Source: an uncultured Bifidobacteriaceae bacterium (GTDB lineage: Bacteria; Verrucomicrobiota; Verrucomicrobiia; Limisphaerales; UBA11358). From it: a stretch of DNA of 64,000 nt. This document shows, piece by piece, positions 1 through 9,181 of this stretch (positions within the stretch are counted from its first letter, which is position 1; each line of letters starts with the position of its first letter). The DNA is taken from assembly GCA_964449815.1 (NCBI GenBank), contig CAYVGC010000005.1, forward strand, positions 1,275 to 65,274. Reading direction: 5' to 3'. A model generated the notes under the pieces. It did not search any database. It saw only the letters and a list, made by a program, of their open reading frames with translations, and was not told the origin of the DNA. Position numbers and translations under genes: made by a program.

Positions 1-155
1 TAAACCCCGGTCGGATCAACGCCGGCGGTGACGGGGGCCGCGTTTTTGCAGCCGGCCAGCACCAGCAGCAGAAAGACGGCCAGCAGGCTCACGGCGACAA
101 TGCGGGGCAGGCAAGTTTCCAGGTTGACGTTGGTGGACAGCGGGATTGTTTTCAT
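1..155 (-). CDS. Lipoprotein, N-terminal part only (gene continues past the left edge)
   Basis: Reverse-strand ATG at 155-153 reads MKTIPLSTNVNLETCLPRIVAVSLLAVFLLLVLAGCKNAAPV... This is a hydrophobic signal region ending in a lipobox-like LAGC. The frame is open to base 1. It is too short to appear in the ORF track. Confidence 0.5.
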   Translation of the reverse strand, partial: MKTIPLSTNVNLETCLPRIVAVSLLAVFLLLVLAGCKNAAPVTAGVDPTGV

Positions 156-353
156 AAGGCAGTTATACCTCATGCCGGAGAAAGGCGTGAATTGATAATT
201 CCAATCGTCACATTGGAGAAATCAATCCTCGCCGGCTGCGCTTCCGCCCGCATTTCATTTCAGCGCCACGAGCTGCCGGAACCTCGTGCAATTGCCGCCG
301 GCAGGTGGCCGGCCTCATTTGCGAAGCGTCCGCCGGTGGGTTATTTTCCCGCC

Positions 354-719
354 ATGAAGACCAAGCTGCTGCTCGCCGGGCTGGGAGCCATTTTCATGTT
401 CGTCATCACGCCCGGCCTGCGCGCCGACGTGCTGGAAATGCAGAACGGCGACCGTTACTCCGGCAAGGTGTTGTCCGTGTCCGCCGACACGGTGGTGCTG
501 GACAGCGAGGTGCTGGGCAAGCTCAACGTGCCGCGCAAACAGGTGGCGGGCCTGGCGTTCGGCACGAACGCCGCCGCGCTAAGGCTGACGGACAATCCCG
601 CGCGGGTTTCCGCGCCCACGAATCTTCCGGCCGCAACGGCGGCGGGCCTGGCAAACAACAACGTGGATTTGTCCGCCGCGCTCCGGCGGTTGGGCGCGAA
701 CACAAATTTCGTCGGGTAG
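354..719 (+). CDS. Secreted hypothetical protein
   Basis: An internal ATG at 354 in ORF 192..719 gives MKTKLLLAGLGAIFMFVITPGLRA, which looks like a signal peptide. The upstream part of the ORF is not protein-like. No family recognised. Confidence 0.55.
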   Translation: MKTKLLLAGLGAIFMFVITPGLRADVLEMQNGDRYSGKVLSVSADTVVLDSEVLGKLNVPRKQVAGLAFGTNAAALRLTDNPARVSAPTNLPAATAAGLANNNVDLSAALRRLGANTNFVG

Positions 720-731
720 ATCCGCCGGCAA

Positions 732-989
732 ATGCTCGCCGGCAGTCCCGAGGCGTCCGGCAAATATGATGAGATGGTCAACGGCCTGTTGAGCGGGCAA
801 CTGAACTTGAACGATGTGCGGCGTGAAGCCCAGTCGGCGGCGGAGCAGTTGCGGGCGCTCAAACGCGAGCCTGGCCCCGACGCCGATGATTCGCTGGATG
901 CCTGCCTGAAGGTGCTGGACACTTTTATCAAGGAGACGGCCGACGAGCCGGCCAACGCCGCTCCGGCCCCCAAACCGCAGGCCCCTTAG
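732..989 (+). CDS. Hypothetical protein (same frame as the preceding ORF, separated by one TAG)
   Basis: 85-aa ORF that looks helical and charged. It lies in the same frame as 354..719 and begins 4 codons after that ORF's TAG. No clear Shine-Dalgarno sequence. Confidence 0.35.
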   Translation: MLAGSPEASGKYDEMVNGLLSGQLNLNDVRREAQSAAEQLRALKREPGPDADDSLDACLKVLDTFIKETADEPANAAPAPKPQAP

Positions 990-1082
990 TTTAGAGACTC
1001 GGTAACTCCGTTTTCCGCGTTTTGAAAATGGTTGTATCAGCGGAGCGGAATTGGTGCGACAATACGGTGCCGGTTTTTCACC

Positions 1083-1784
1083 ATGCATATTTCATCCGCC
1101 ATTTTTGATTGCAGCGCGCCGGCTCTGGATTCGTGTCCGGACGAGTCGCTGCCGGAATTCGCCTTCATCGGTCGCTCGAACGTCGGCAAGTCCTCGCTGC
1201 TGAATCTGCTCGCCGGCCAAGACGGTTTGGCCCGCGTCTCGCCCACACCGGGGTTCACCAAGCTCATCAATTTTTTCACGATGAACAAAACCTGGCGGCT
1301 GGTGGATCTGCCGGGCTATGGTTTCGCCGAAGGGGCGAAGAAGGACAGCGCGCGATTTAATCAGGCGGTGTCACATTATCTGAAGCGGCGCACGAATCTC
1401 TGCCTGGTCTTTGCGCTCATTGATTCCGGGCTTGCGCCGCAGGCAATGGACGTGGAGTTCGTCGAATGGCTCGCGCGCAACGCCGTGCCGTTCGTCCTCG
1501 TCTTCACCAAAACCGACAAGGAACCGCCCGCGACGGTGCAGGCGAACATCGCGGCGTTCACGGCGCGCATCGCCGGCTGGTTCGAGCAGCCGCCGGCAGT
1601 TTTCACCTGTTCCGCGACGGCGGAGCAAGGCCGGCAGGAATTGCTTGGCGTGATTGACGAGGCGATGACGGCGATCCAGGCTGAATCAAATCAGGCGCCG
1701 GTCGCTTCCGATGGTTTGACAGCCCCAAGCCTGCAGGCAAAGGCAACCCGCAAAAGCCGCCCCGACCTGTCACGCCCTTGGTGA
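1083..1784 (+). CDS. engB: Ribosome-biogenesis GTPase EngB/YsxC/YihA
   Basis: G1 motif GRSNVGKSSLLN, G3 motif DLPGYGF and G4 motif TKTDK, with spacing typical of EngB. Start chosen at the internal ATG 1083 (MHISSAIFD...). Confidence 0.85.
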   Translation: MHISSAIFDCSAPALDSCPDESLPEFAFIGRSNVGKSSLLNLLAGQDGLARVSPTPGFTKLINFFTMNKTWRLVDLPGYGFAEGAKKDSARFNQAVSHYLKRRTNLCLVFALIDSGLAPQAMDVEFVEWLARNAVPFVLVFTKTDKEPPATVQANIAAFTARIAGWFEQPPAVFTCSATAEQGRQELLGVIDEAMTAIQAESNQAPVASDGLTAPSLQAKATRKSRPDLSRPW

Positions 1785-2094
1785 AGGCTGACGTCTGACT
1801 GCTGGAGTTCGAGTCTGATGCCTTCAGAATAAAAGTCTTGGATTCAAATGCTGAAATATGGCGTCCAAAAGTTGAGCTTTGAAGTCCAAAGATTCAACTT
1901 TTGAGCCTCAATTTTATTCACCCCCGCGCTCGGCGTAATCCTTCAGGCAGACGAGCAGATGTCCCCATGTCGTGTTGCAGAAATGGCAATGGTCGCCGCC
2001 GCGTTCCCGGCCGCCGCGACAGGATTTTAGCAACACCTCGCCGTCCTGCGCTTCGAGGCGTGCCGATTTCCCCAAATCATGAACACCCGATGCC

Positions 2095-2313
2095 AGACGC
2101 TATTCCGGCAGGACCAGACCGTGTTCCGATAACGCTAGATTGTGTTCCGACGGCCCCGGAGCCTGTTTCGGTCATGTCAGACCGTGTTCACCTGATGCTA
2201 AACTGTGTTCCGGTGCATCTAGACCATGTTCCGACGATCTTAGACCGTGTTTCGGTGATGTTAGACGAGGTTCCGGAGATTTTAGACAGTGTTCCCGCGA
2301 TGTTAGACAGGCC
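2095..2313. repeat. Tandem array of about 10.4 degenerate 21-bp units, core AGACCGTGTTCCG plus a variable tail
   Basis: Units start at 2095, 2116, 2137, 2158, 2179, 2200, 2221, 2242, 2263, 2284 and 2305 (the last is partial). The register is exactly 21 bp with no indels. The (C/T)GTGTT(C/T)CG core sits at a fixed offset and the last ~8 nt vary. This array produces the heptad-like ORF 1901..2350. Confidence 0.9.
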
Positions 2314-2529
2314 AACCCTTCGGTCATCCGGCAAAAAACATGACAAGTGACTGATTTTCAACCACCTAAAGGCTGATCATTCCCACGTCAGCCCGATGCC
2401 GACGGCAAGCCGACGATGTGAATTATTTGAAGCAAAGTTTTTTCACGCCGCGCCGGTGGTGAGGGCGCGATAAATCGTTTCCGCCGGCGCGGCGATGCCG
2501 AGGCGATGGATGAGCGAGGTGGGCATAAG

Positions 2530-3225
2530 CTATCCAATTTGAATTGAATAAGTCTCAAGGCACATTTTTGCCCGGACAACTTTGGTTTCTGATAGGCCAA
2601 CTGCATCAAGTGCCTTGCGGATGTATAGCTCCTCCAAAGGGCAGCTGTAGCCAAGAATTACTTTCATCAAGAAATGGTCGGGAATCCGCTTAAAGTAGTG
2701 CCCACCCGAAATGTCGCAATCTTTGAGATCGAGAAAAACACGATATTCCCGTTCATAAGACCAGCCGGTTGATTTTTGCCGCAATAATTGATTCATCAGC
2801 GGCTTTGCATAGCTTTCAAAACCACCAGGGTCGTGAAGACGATTTGCATCAAAAACAGGGCGAGCATTTGTATATTCCATTTTGACAAGCCGTTCAGGAT
2901 CGAGAATGTAGCTGAACTCAAATGCAACACCTTGATGCTTGTCGGCATAGTGTGACCAAAGAACTGGATCAGTGATTGTATCGCTCAAGCAAAAAACACC
3001 CATCCATCCGTTCACCTCGTCAATAAACTCTTGCATGCACGTCCGCGCAACGATTTCACCTTCGGGAATTATATTTGAAATTCCCATGCGCCATTCAAAT
3101 GGATCATTGAAATCACAAAGCCTCCCGATTTTGAAGGCACGCGACTCGATGGTCTTTAATGCCGCCGCCGCATCCAAGTAGCGATATAGAAGAATCGAAC
3201 TTGGTGCGGCGGCGTTCATTGTCAA
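2530..3225 (-). CDS. DUF2971-family protein
   Basis: N-terminus LYRYLDAAAALKTIESRAFKIGRLCDFNDPFEW matches the DUF2971 pattern as I remember it (Y..l....l..l....l.fs....fNDPfE). Visibly AT-richer than its neighbours. Starts 4 bp downstream of the argG stop. Confidence 0.6.
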   Translation of the reverse strand: MTMNAAAPSSILLYRYLDAAAALKTIESRAFKIGRLCDFNDPFEWRMGISNIIPEGEIVARTCMQEFIDEVNGWMGVFCLSDTITDPVLWSHYADKHQGVAFEFSYILDPERLVKMEYTNARPVFDANRLHDPGGFESYAKPLMNQLLRQKSTGWSYEREYRVFLDLKDCDISGGHYFKRIPDHFLMKVILGYSCPLEELYIRKALDAVGLSETKVVRAKMCLETYSIQIG

Positions 3226-3229
3226 AATT

Positions 3230-4459
3230 TTAATTTTTCTTCGCGTGAACTTTCGCTGCGACTTTCAAGCGCAGCGCGTTGAGCCGGATGAAGCCGGTGG
3301 CGTCGTCTTGATTGTAGGCCTTGGTCGGGTCGGCTTCCATCGTGGCGATGTGCGGGTTGTAGAGGCTCACCGGGGATTTGCGGCCGCTGACCATGAGGTT
3401 GCCCTTGTAGAGTTTCACGCGCACGGTGCCGGTCACGTTCTTCTGGCTCTCGGTCACGTAGGCCTGCAACGCGAGGCGTTCGGGCGCATACCAGAAGCCA
3501 TTGTAAACCAGCTCGGCGTATTTCGGGATGAGGGCGTCGCGCTGGTGCATGACTTCGCGGTCCATCGTGAGGCTTTCCATCTGGCGATGCGCAAAATGCA
3601 GGATCGCGCCGCCGGGCGTCTCATACACGCCGCGCGATTTCATGCCGACGAAGCGGTTCTCCACCATGTCCACGCGGCCGACGCCGTGTTTGCCGCCGAG
3701 CTTGTTCAAGAATTTCATCACGCCGAGCGGATTTAATTTCTTGCCGTTCACCGCGACGCAGTTGCCCTGCACAAACTCGAGTTCGACAAACTCGGGCTTG
3801 TCCGGCGCGTCTTCGGGCAGCACGGAGAGCGTGGTGAAATAACTGCGGTTCTTCAAATCGCAGGAATCGAACCACGGGTCTTCGAGAATGCCGGCCTCGT
3901 AGGAAATGTGCAGCAGATTCCGGTCGGACGAGAACGGTTTCTTGGCGCTGGCCAGCACGGGGATCTTGTGTTTGGCGCAGTAATCAATCATCTCCTGCCG
4001 GCCGGGAAACTGGCTGCGATAGGAGGCGTCCCGCCACGGGGCGATGACCTGCAAGTCCGGCGCGAGCGCGGCGGCGGTCAGCTCAAAGCGCACCTGGTCG
4101 TTGCCTTTGCCGGTGGCGCCGTGGGCGATGGCATCGGCTTTTTCCAGCCGGGCGATTTCCACCATGCGCTTGGCGATGAGCGGCCGGGCGATGCTGGTGC
4201 CAAGAAAATACTGCCCCTCGTAAACCGCGCCAGCCTGGAGAATCGGATAAATGAAGTCGCGCGCAAATTCTTCCTGCAAATCCTCGATGTAAATTTTCGA
4301 CGCGCCGGTCTTGATGGCCTTTTTTTTGAGGCCGTTCAATTCCTCCGCCTGCCCGATGTCGGCGCAGAAACCGATCATCTCGGCGTTGTATTTTTCCTTG
4401 ATCCAGGACATCAGCACCGAGGTGTCGAGACCGCCGGAGTATGCGAGAACAATTTTCAT
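3230..4459 (-). CDS. argG: Argininosuccinate synthase
   Basis: [16 protein letters not shown]-type ATP-pyrophosphatase motif. 409 aa with full-length ArgG-like sequence. Confidence 0.95.
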   Translation of the reverse strand: MKIVLAYSGGLDTSVLMSWIKEKYNAEMIGFCADIGQAEELNGLKKKAIKTGASKIYIEDLQEEFARDFIYPILQAGAVYEGQYFLGTSIARPLIAKRMVEIARLEKADAIAHGATGKGNDQVRFELTAAALAPDLQVIAPWRDASYRSQFPGRQEMIDYCAKHKIPVLASAKKPFSSDRNLLHISYEAGILEDPWFDSCDLKNRSYFTTLSVLPEDAPDKPEFVELEFVQGNCVAVNGKKLNPLGVMKFLNKLGGKHGVGRVDMVENRFVGMKSRGVYETPGGAILHFAHRQMESLTMDREVMHQRDALIPKYAELVYNGFWYAPERLALQAYVTESQKNVTGTVRVKLYKGNLMVSGRKSPVSLYNPHIATMEADPTKAYNQDDATGFIRLNALRLKVAAKVHAKKN

Positions 4460-4716
4460 ATCCGCCCATTAAACCGCCAAATACGAATGCGGGCAAAAAG
4501 AAAATGAAATGAAAACGAAATCACTTGCTCCCGGCCGGGCACGGCCTCGCGGCGGATGGCCGGGGCATTCGGGTTATGTCCAGCAGCAGTTCGATCAACG
4601 CAAAACCTGGTTTGCGCCGGGCGATCCCAGGCACTTCCACCATGCCGACTTCAGCCTGCGGATCTGCGGTCAGGCTCAATTTCGTTTGCCGTGGAATTTT
4701 CCACCCCGCCTTTCCG

Positions 4717-5559
4717 TCAGGGCGGAAAACCAATCGCCAGCTTCACGGCGGAATACTCCGGGTGAATTTTCCCGTCGCGTGCGCGGATGATGAGCGGCGG
4801 CTCGGCCCAGGTCTGCCCGCGAAACCATTCCGGCAAATCGTCCGCACGCATCATTCCGAACAACGCAACCAGCGCCGGATCACCTTCGCGGAAAACCACC
4901 GGGCGTTTGCGGACGATGACCAGAGCCGAGTTTTTTGCGGCGGCTTCGACGCGCGCAAGCTGCGCGGGCTCATGCGGAAACACGCACGCGAAAAATCCGC
5001 CGGGCGCGAGCCGCCTTGCCGCCGTGGCGCAGTAATCGGCAATCGTTCCGCGCAGTTCAAACCGGCAGGCAAGTTTCTGAGGATGTTCGCTTTTCACGCC
5101 CGCGCCTGGCGGAAAATACGGCGGGCTGCCGGTGATGAGGTCGAATTTTTCGTCGGCGCGGAAAAAGTTTGGGTCGCGGAAATCGCCTTCCCGGATTTCA
5201 TAGCGGCCGGCCAGCCCGTTGTAACCCGCGGATTTTCTGGCGAGCGCGGCGCTTTCACTTTGCGCCTCAATGGTCACAAACTTTGCGCCGGGCAGACGCC
5301 ACGCGCAAATCATGCCGACGGTGCCGATGCCGCCACCGAGATCCAGCGCCGTGCGCGCCGCCGGACACCAAGTCGTGCCATACCATGCCGTCAAAATATC
5401 GTCGGTGGAAAACCGGTGGCCGGCGCGCAGTTGGAACAGCCGGAAATGTCCGCTGATGGCGTCGAGCGTTTCATGCGGTTCAAGCGTCACGTCCGCCGCG
5501 AGTCCCGGCGGCACCGGGCCGGGCTTGGCCCAGCCTTTGAAATGCGTTTCGCTTTTCAC
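4717..5559 (-). CDS. Class I SAM-dependent methyltransferase (TrmN6/YfiC-like, SPPY motif)
   Basis: LDLGGGIGTVG (motif I) and DLITGSPPYF (motif IV). GTG start at 5559 forms a GTGA overlap with the upstream CDF transporter stop. The longer ORF to 5751 overlaps that gene and has an Arg/Pro-rich, non-protein-like N-terminus. Confidence 0.7.
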   Translation of the reverse strand: MKSETHFKGWAKPGPVPPGLAADVTLEPHETLDAISGHFRLFQLRAGHRFSTDDILTAWYGTTWCPAARTALDLGGGIGTVGMICAWRLPGAKFVTIEAQSESAALARKSAGYNGLAGRYEIREGDFRDPNFFRADEKFDLITGSPPYFPPGAGVKSEHPQKLACRFELRGTIADYCATAARRLAPGGFFACVFPHEPAQLARVEAAAKNSALVIVRKRPVVFREGDPALVALFGMMRADDLPEWFRGQTWAEPPLIIRARDGKIHPEYSAVKLAIGFPP

Positions 5560-6500
5560 GACGGAGACTTTTTTGCCGCGACGCCCAGCGGCTCGACGTG
5601 GACGAGCACGTCGCGGACGGACGGAATTTCCGTGCGCACCTTGTTTTTCACCTCGTGGCCGATGCGGTGGGAATTTTCCACCGTCATCTGCGGGTTCACT
5701 TCCAGGTGCATGTCCACGAAAAACTGGTAGCCCATCTTGCGCACGAAACATTTTTCCACGCCGTCCACGCCGGGAATGGTTTCCGCCACGGCGCGGATTT
5801 TCTCGATGAGTTCACGGTCAGGCGAGCGGTCCATCAGCTCGTTCACCGCCGGCAGCAGCAGCCGCCAGCCGTTCCACGCGATGACGGCGGCGGCGGCAAC
5901 CGCCGCCCAGTTGTCCGCCGTTTCGTAGCCTTTGCCGCCGACGAGGGAGATGCTGATGCCCAGAAATGCGGCGGACGACGTGATGGCGTCGCTGCGGTGG
6001 TGCCACGCGTCGGTGGCCATGGCGGAACTTTCCACCGTCGCGGATTCATGGAGCACAAAGCGGAACAAAAATTCTTTCACCGCTATCACCCCGATTAAAA
6101 TGATCAGCGTGAACGGCGATGGCGCGAGGCGGGGTGCGTTCAAAACATGCAGCGCAGCAAATGCAATCCAGCAGCCGGCGAGCAGCAGCATGACTGAAAC
6201 GGTCGCGGCGGCGATGGGTTCGGCCTTGCCGTGGCCGTAAGGGTGATCTTCGTCCGGCGGCGTCTCGGCGACGACGAGGCCGCGCCACACGATGATGGAA
6301 CTGAAAATGTCCGCGAGCGATTCCACCGCGTCTGCGATGAGCGCCTGCGAATGACCGAGGATGCCCGCCAGCAATTTCGCCACGACCAGCGCCACGTTCG
6401 CGGCAAGACCGAGGAACGTGGCGCGGAGACTGCGTTGCAGGCGGGCGGATGACACGCGGAGATAGTAGCGGCTGGGTGCGGCCGTCGCAACGGCGCTCAC
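5556..6500 (-). CDS. Cation diffusion facilitator (CDF) family metal efflux transporter
   Basis: ALIADAVESLADIFSS, HPYGHGKAEP and a C-terminal cytoplasmic domain typical of CzcD/FieF-type CDF proteins. Multiple TM segments. Confidence 0.85.
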   Translation of the reverse strand: MSAVATAAPSRYYLRVSSARLQRSLRATFLGLAANVALVVAKLLAGILGHSQALIADAVESLADIFSSIIVWRGLVVAETPPDEDHPYGHGKAEPIAAATVSVMLLLAGCWIAFAALHVLNAPRLAPSPFTLIILIGVIAVKEFLFRFVLHESATVESSAMATDAWHHRSDAITSSAAFLGISISLVGGKGYETADNWAAVAAAAVIAWNGWRLLLPAVNELMDRSPDRELIEKIRAVAETIPGVDGVEKCFVRKMGYQFFVDMHLEVNPQMTVENSHRIGHEVKNKVRTEIPSVRDVLVHVEPLGVAAKKSPS

Positions 6501-6513
6501 CGGTTCATCCCGA

Positions 6514-7725
6514 TCAAATCATGTGGCAGAACATCGCGTCGCGCAGCTTCGGCTCGAACCAGGTGCTTTTAGGCGGCATGATGCCGCCGGCGTCGGCGAT
6601 GCTCATCAAATCCTCGATGCTCGTCGGGAACATCGAGAAGGCACAGGCGCAGGCACCGCTGTTCACCAGCTTTTCCAGTTCCGCCGGGCCACGGATGCCG
6701 CCAACAAAGTTGATGCGCTTGCTTGTGCGCGGATCGTCAATGCCAAAGACCGGCGCGAGAATCCGCTTTTGCAAAATTGTCACGTCGAGGCGCTCAATCG
6801 GGTCGCTGGTCTCGGTGAACTGCAGCTTGAGGGTCAGCGTGCGCCACCGGCCCTGAAAATAGAAACCAAGTTCGTGCTTCGCCTTTGGCGCTGGACTTCC
6901 GGGCTTGATGTCAAAAACCACCGCGAGCTTTTGCAGCAATTGTTCCGGCGTGTGGCCGTTCAAATCTTTCAGCGCGCGGTTGTAGGGCAGGATCTGCATC
7001 TGGTTGTGCGGAAAAATCACGGCCAGAAATTGCCCGCTGTGGCCGGCCCCTTTGCGCGATTGGAAAATGCGTCCCGCCGCCGCGCAGCGGTGATGGCCGT
7101 CGGCGATGTAGAGAAATGGAACCTGCGCGAACTGCGTTTCGACAAACTGGATTTCATCCGCGCCGGAAATGGTCCACGACGTGTGCCGGACGCCGTCCTT
7201 GCCGGTGAAATCCACCGCCGGCGTTTCGGAAATTTTCCCGGCGGCGAAGGCGTCGAATTTTTTCACGGCGCGATAGGCCAGAAACACCGGGCCGGTCTGG
7301 GAACTCAGCGCCTCGATGTGGCGGACGCGGTCGTCCTCCTTGTCCGGGCGGGTGAGCTCGTGCTTCTTGATGATGTTGGCCAGATATTCCTCGCAGCTCG
7401 CGGCGGCGACGAGGCCGACCTGCGCGTGCCGGCCCAGGACTTGCCGGTAGAGGTAAAAACCCGGTTTCCCATCCTGCTTGAGCGCGCCTCGCAAAATGAG
7501 CTTCTGGAAATTCTCCCGGCCTTTCGCGTAAACTTGCGGCGAATACAGATCGGTGCCCGCCGGCAGGTCAATTTCCGGCTTGCTGACATGCAGGAAGCTC
7601 AGGGGATTGCCGGCGGCCATCGCGCGCGCCTCGTCGGACGACATCACGTCGTAAGGCAGTTCGCAAATTTGGGCGGCCAGTTCGGGTTCCGGCCGCAGGG
7701 CGGCAAAAGGTTTTAGGGTGGCCAT
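6514..7725 (-). CDS. DUF1015 domain protein
   Basis: MATLKPFAALRP...ELPYDVMSSDEAR N-terminus and 403-aa length are typical of DUF1015. Confidence 0.8.
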   Translation of the reverse strand: MATLKPFAALRPEPELAAQICELPYDVMSSDEARAMAAGNPLSFLHVSKPEIDLPAGTDLYSPQVYAKGRENFQKLILRGALKQDGKPGFYLYRQVLGRHAQVGLVAAASCEEYLANIIKKHELTRPDKEDDRVRHIEALSSQTGPVFLAYRAVKKFDAFAAGKISETPAVDFTGKDGVRHTSWTISGADEIQFVETQFAQVPFLYIADGHHRCAAAGRIFQSRKGAGHSGQFLAVIFPHNQMQILPYNRALKDLNGHTPEQLLQKLAVVFDIKPGSPAPKAKHELGFYFQGRWRTLTLKLQFTETSDPIERLDVTILQKRILAPVFGIDDPRTSKRINFVGGIRGPAELEKLVNSGACACAFSMFPTSIEDLMSIADAGGIMPPKSTWFEPKLRDAMFCHMI

Positions 7726-7846
7726 AAAAATCGCGCCGTGAAGATACGTTTGGCGCGCGGCAAAGGCACGCAGAATTTCCTGAAAAAGAGCTTGTCACTG
7801 CGAAATTCGCTGATAGTCTCTTTGACTCTTTAACGAAAGAAAATTT

Positions 7847-8116
7847 ATGGCACGCATTTGTAAATTGACCGGCAAACGCCCGATGAAGGGCAGCATCATT
7901 TGGCGCTCCGGTAAAGCCAAGAAATCCGGCGGCATCGGCACGCACATCACCGCGATCACCAAACGCAAGTTCATGGTGAACCTCCAGCGCGTGAAGGCGC
8001 AGCTGCCGAATGGCGAAGTCCGCTACGTCCGCGTCTCCGCCGCCGCGCTCAAAAAAGGCCTCGTCACCAAGGCTCCCAAGCGCACTTGGAAAAAGGAAGA
8101 AGCCAAGCAGGCTTGA
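7847..8116 (+). CDS. rpmB: 50S ribosomal protein L28
   Basis: MARICKLTGKRPMKG...RKFMVNLQ is the L28 signature sequence. Confidence 0.9.
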   Translation: MARICKLTGKRPMKGSIIWRSGKAKKSGGIGTHITAITKRKFMVNLQRVKAQLPNGEVRYVRVSAAALKKGLVTKAPKRTWKKEEAKQA

Positions 8117-8139
8117 TTCCTGCCCGACCATTTCAAAAA

Positions 8140-8167
8140 GCGAGGCCAGCCGGCCTCGCTTTTTTTA
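8140..8167 (+). terminator. Rho-independent terminator after rpmB
   Basis: GCGAGGCC-AGCC-GGCCTCGC stem-loop followed by TTTTTTTATTTT. Confidence 0.8.
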
Positions 8168-8229
8168 TTTTGTTTTCCGAGCCAGGACGCATCTTTGAAA
8201 AGTTTCTCCGCGTCTTTGCGTGAGATTTT

Positions 8230-8685
8230 TTATCTGCCTTTCGTCCACTTCATCCGCGCCCGTTTCAGTTCGCGGTCGGAATCGCGCTGCTTGATGTCGT
8301 CGCGCTTGTCGAACGTCTGCTTGCCCCTGCCGACACCGATGGAGACTTTCACCTTGCCGTTCTTCCAGTAAAACGCCAGCGGGAACAGCGCGTTGCCCTT
8401 CACCGCCGCGAGGCCGAACAGCTTGCGGATCTCCGATTTGTGCAGCAGCAGCTTGCGCGGCGCCTTGAGCGCGTGATTGTGGATGTTGCCGTGCGAATAT
8501 TCGTCAATGTTTGCGTTGTAAAGCCACACCTCGTTTTTTTCCACGCGCGCGAAGGCGTCGGCGATCTGCCCCTTGCCGGCGCGCAGCGACTTGACCTCCG
8601 TGCCATGCAGCACGACGCCCGCCTCGAAGGTCTCGAGGATGTGGTAATCCCGCCGGGCCTTGTGGTTGGTCACGATGTCAGCCAT
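8230..8685 (-). CDS. smpB: SsrA-binding protein SmpB
   Basis: NHKARRDYHILETFEAGVVLHGTEVKSLR and the basic C-terminal tail are typical of SmpB. Confidence 0.92.
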   Translation of the reverse strand: MADIVTNHKARRDYHILETFEAGVVLHGTEVKSLRAGKGQIADAFARVEKNEVWLYNANIDEYSHGNIHNHALKAPRKLLLHKSEIRKLFGLAAVKGNALFPLAFYWKNGKVKVSIGVGRGKQTFDKRDDIKQRDSDRELKRARMKWTKGR

Positions 8686-8821
8686 GGACTAAAGGTAGAA
8701 TGAAAAATGCAGAATGCAGAAACAAAAATGCCTCATTCAAACCAATGAATGAAGCGGGCAAATCCAAAACCGGCCAAGCCGGCGGAACGAAGGTTTCCTC
8801 ATTCTGCCGTCTGCCGTGCGT

Positions 8822-9076
8822 TCAGTGCTTCTTGCGCTTCTTGGGGATCGGGCGGACGGCCGCGACTTCCTCCGGCAATTCCCAGCCCATTTTGCCCTCG
8901 AGAATTTCTGTGAGCGCGATGTCGGCCAGGCCCATGCTGGCCGGCACGTCCACCAGCGGACGGCTCAAGCCGCCGCCCCCGGCGTTAAGCTGGCGCACGC
9001 GGCGCGAGATGAGGTTCACCAGCACATTGGGGTTGCCCACTTTTTCCACGGCGCGTTTGCAAAGTTCAGCGTTCAT
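8822..9076 (-). CDS. rpoZ: DNA-directed RNA polymerase subunit omega
   Basis: 84 aa. NPNVLVNLISRRVRQLN resembles the RpoZ core helix. Confidence 0.65.
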   Translation of the reverse strand: MNAELCKRAVEKVGNPNVLVNLISRRVRQLNAGGGGLSRPLVDVPASMGLADIALTEILEGKMGWELPEEVAAVRPIPKKRKKH

Positions 9077-9181
9077 TGTTCAAAATCAAGTTAATCAGCA
9101 TACCCGATAAAAGTCCCGGCGCAATGATAAAAAATTCCTTTCAAACTTGCCCGTGTTTCGGGCATTTTCTATGTATTATTT

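Noticed and set aside
2095-2313. CRISPR array (also considered for 49146-49418)
   Set aside because: The conserved part is only 10-13 nt and the variable part 8-11 nt, so the 21-bp period is far below CRISPR repeat/spacer sizes. There is no palindromic repeat and no cas genes in the window.
1901-2350. 149-aa ORF with LDxVPxx heptads
   Set aside because: Its N-terminal 60 aa are Arg/Pro-rich and look like out-of-frame translation of GC-rich DNA. The rest is a direct read-out of the 21-bp DNA repeat. It is kept as a repeat, although a short heptad protein starting at ATG 2089 cannot be excluded.
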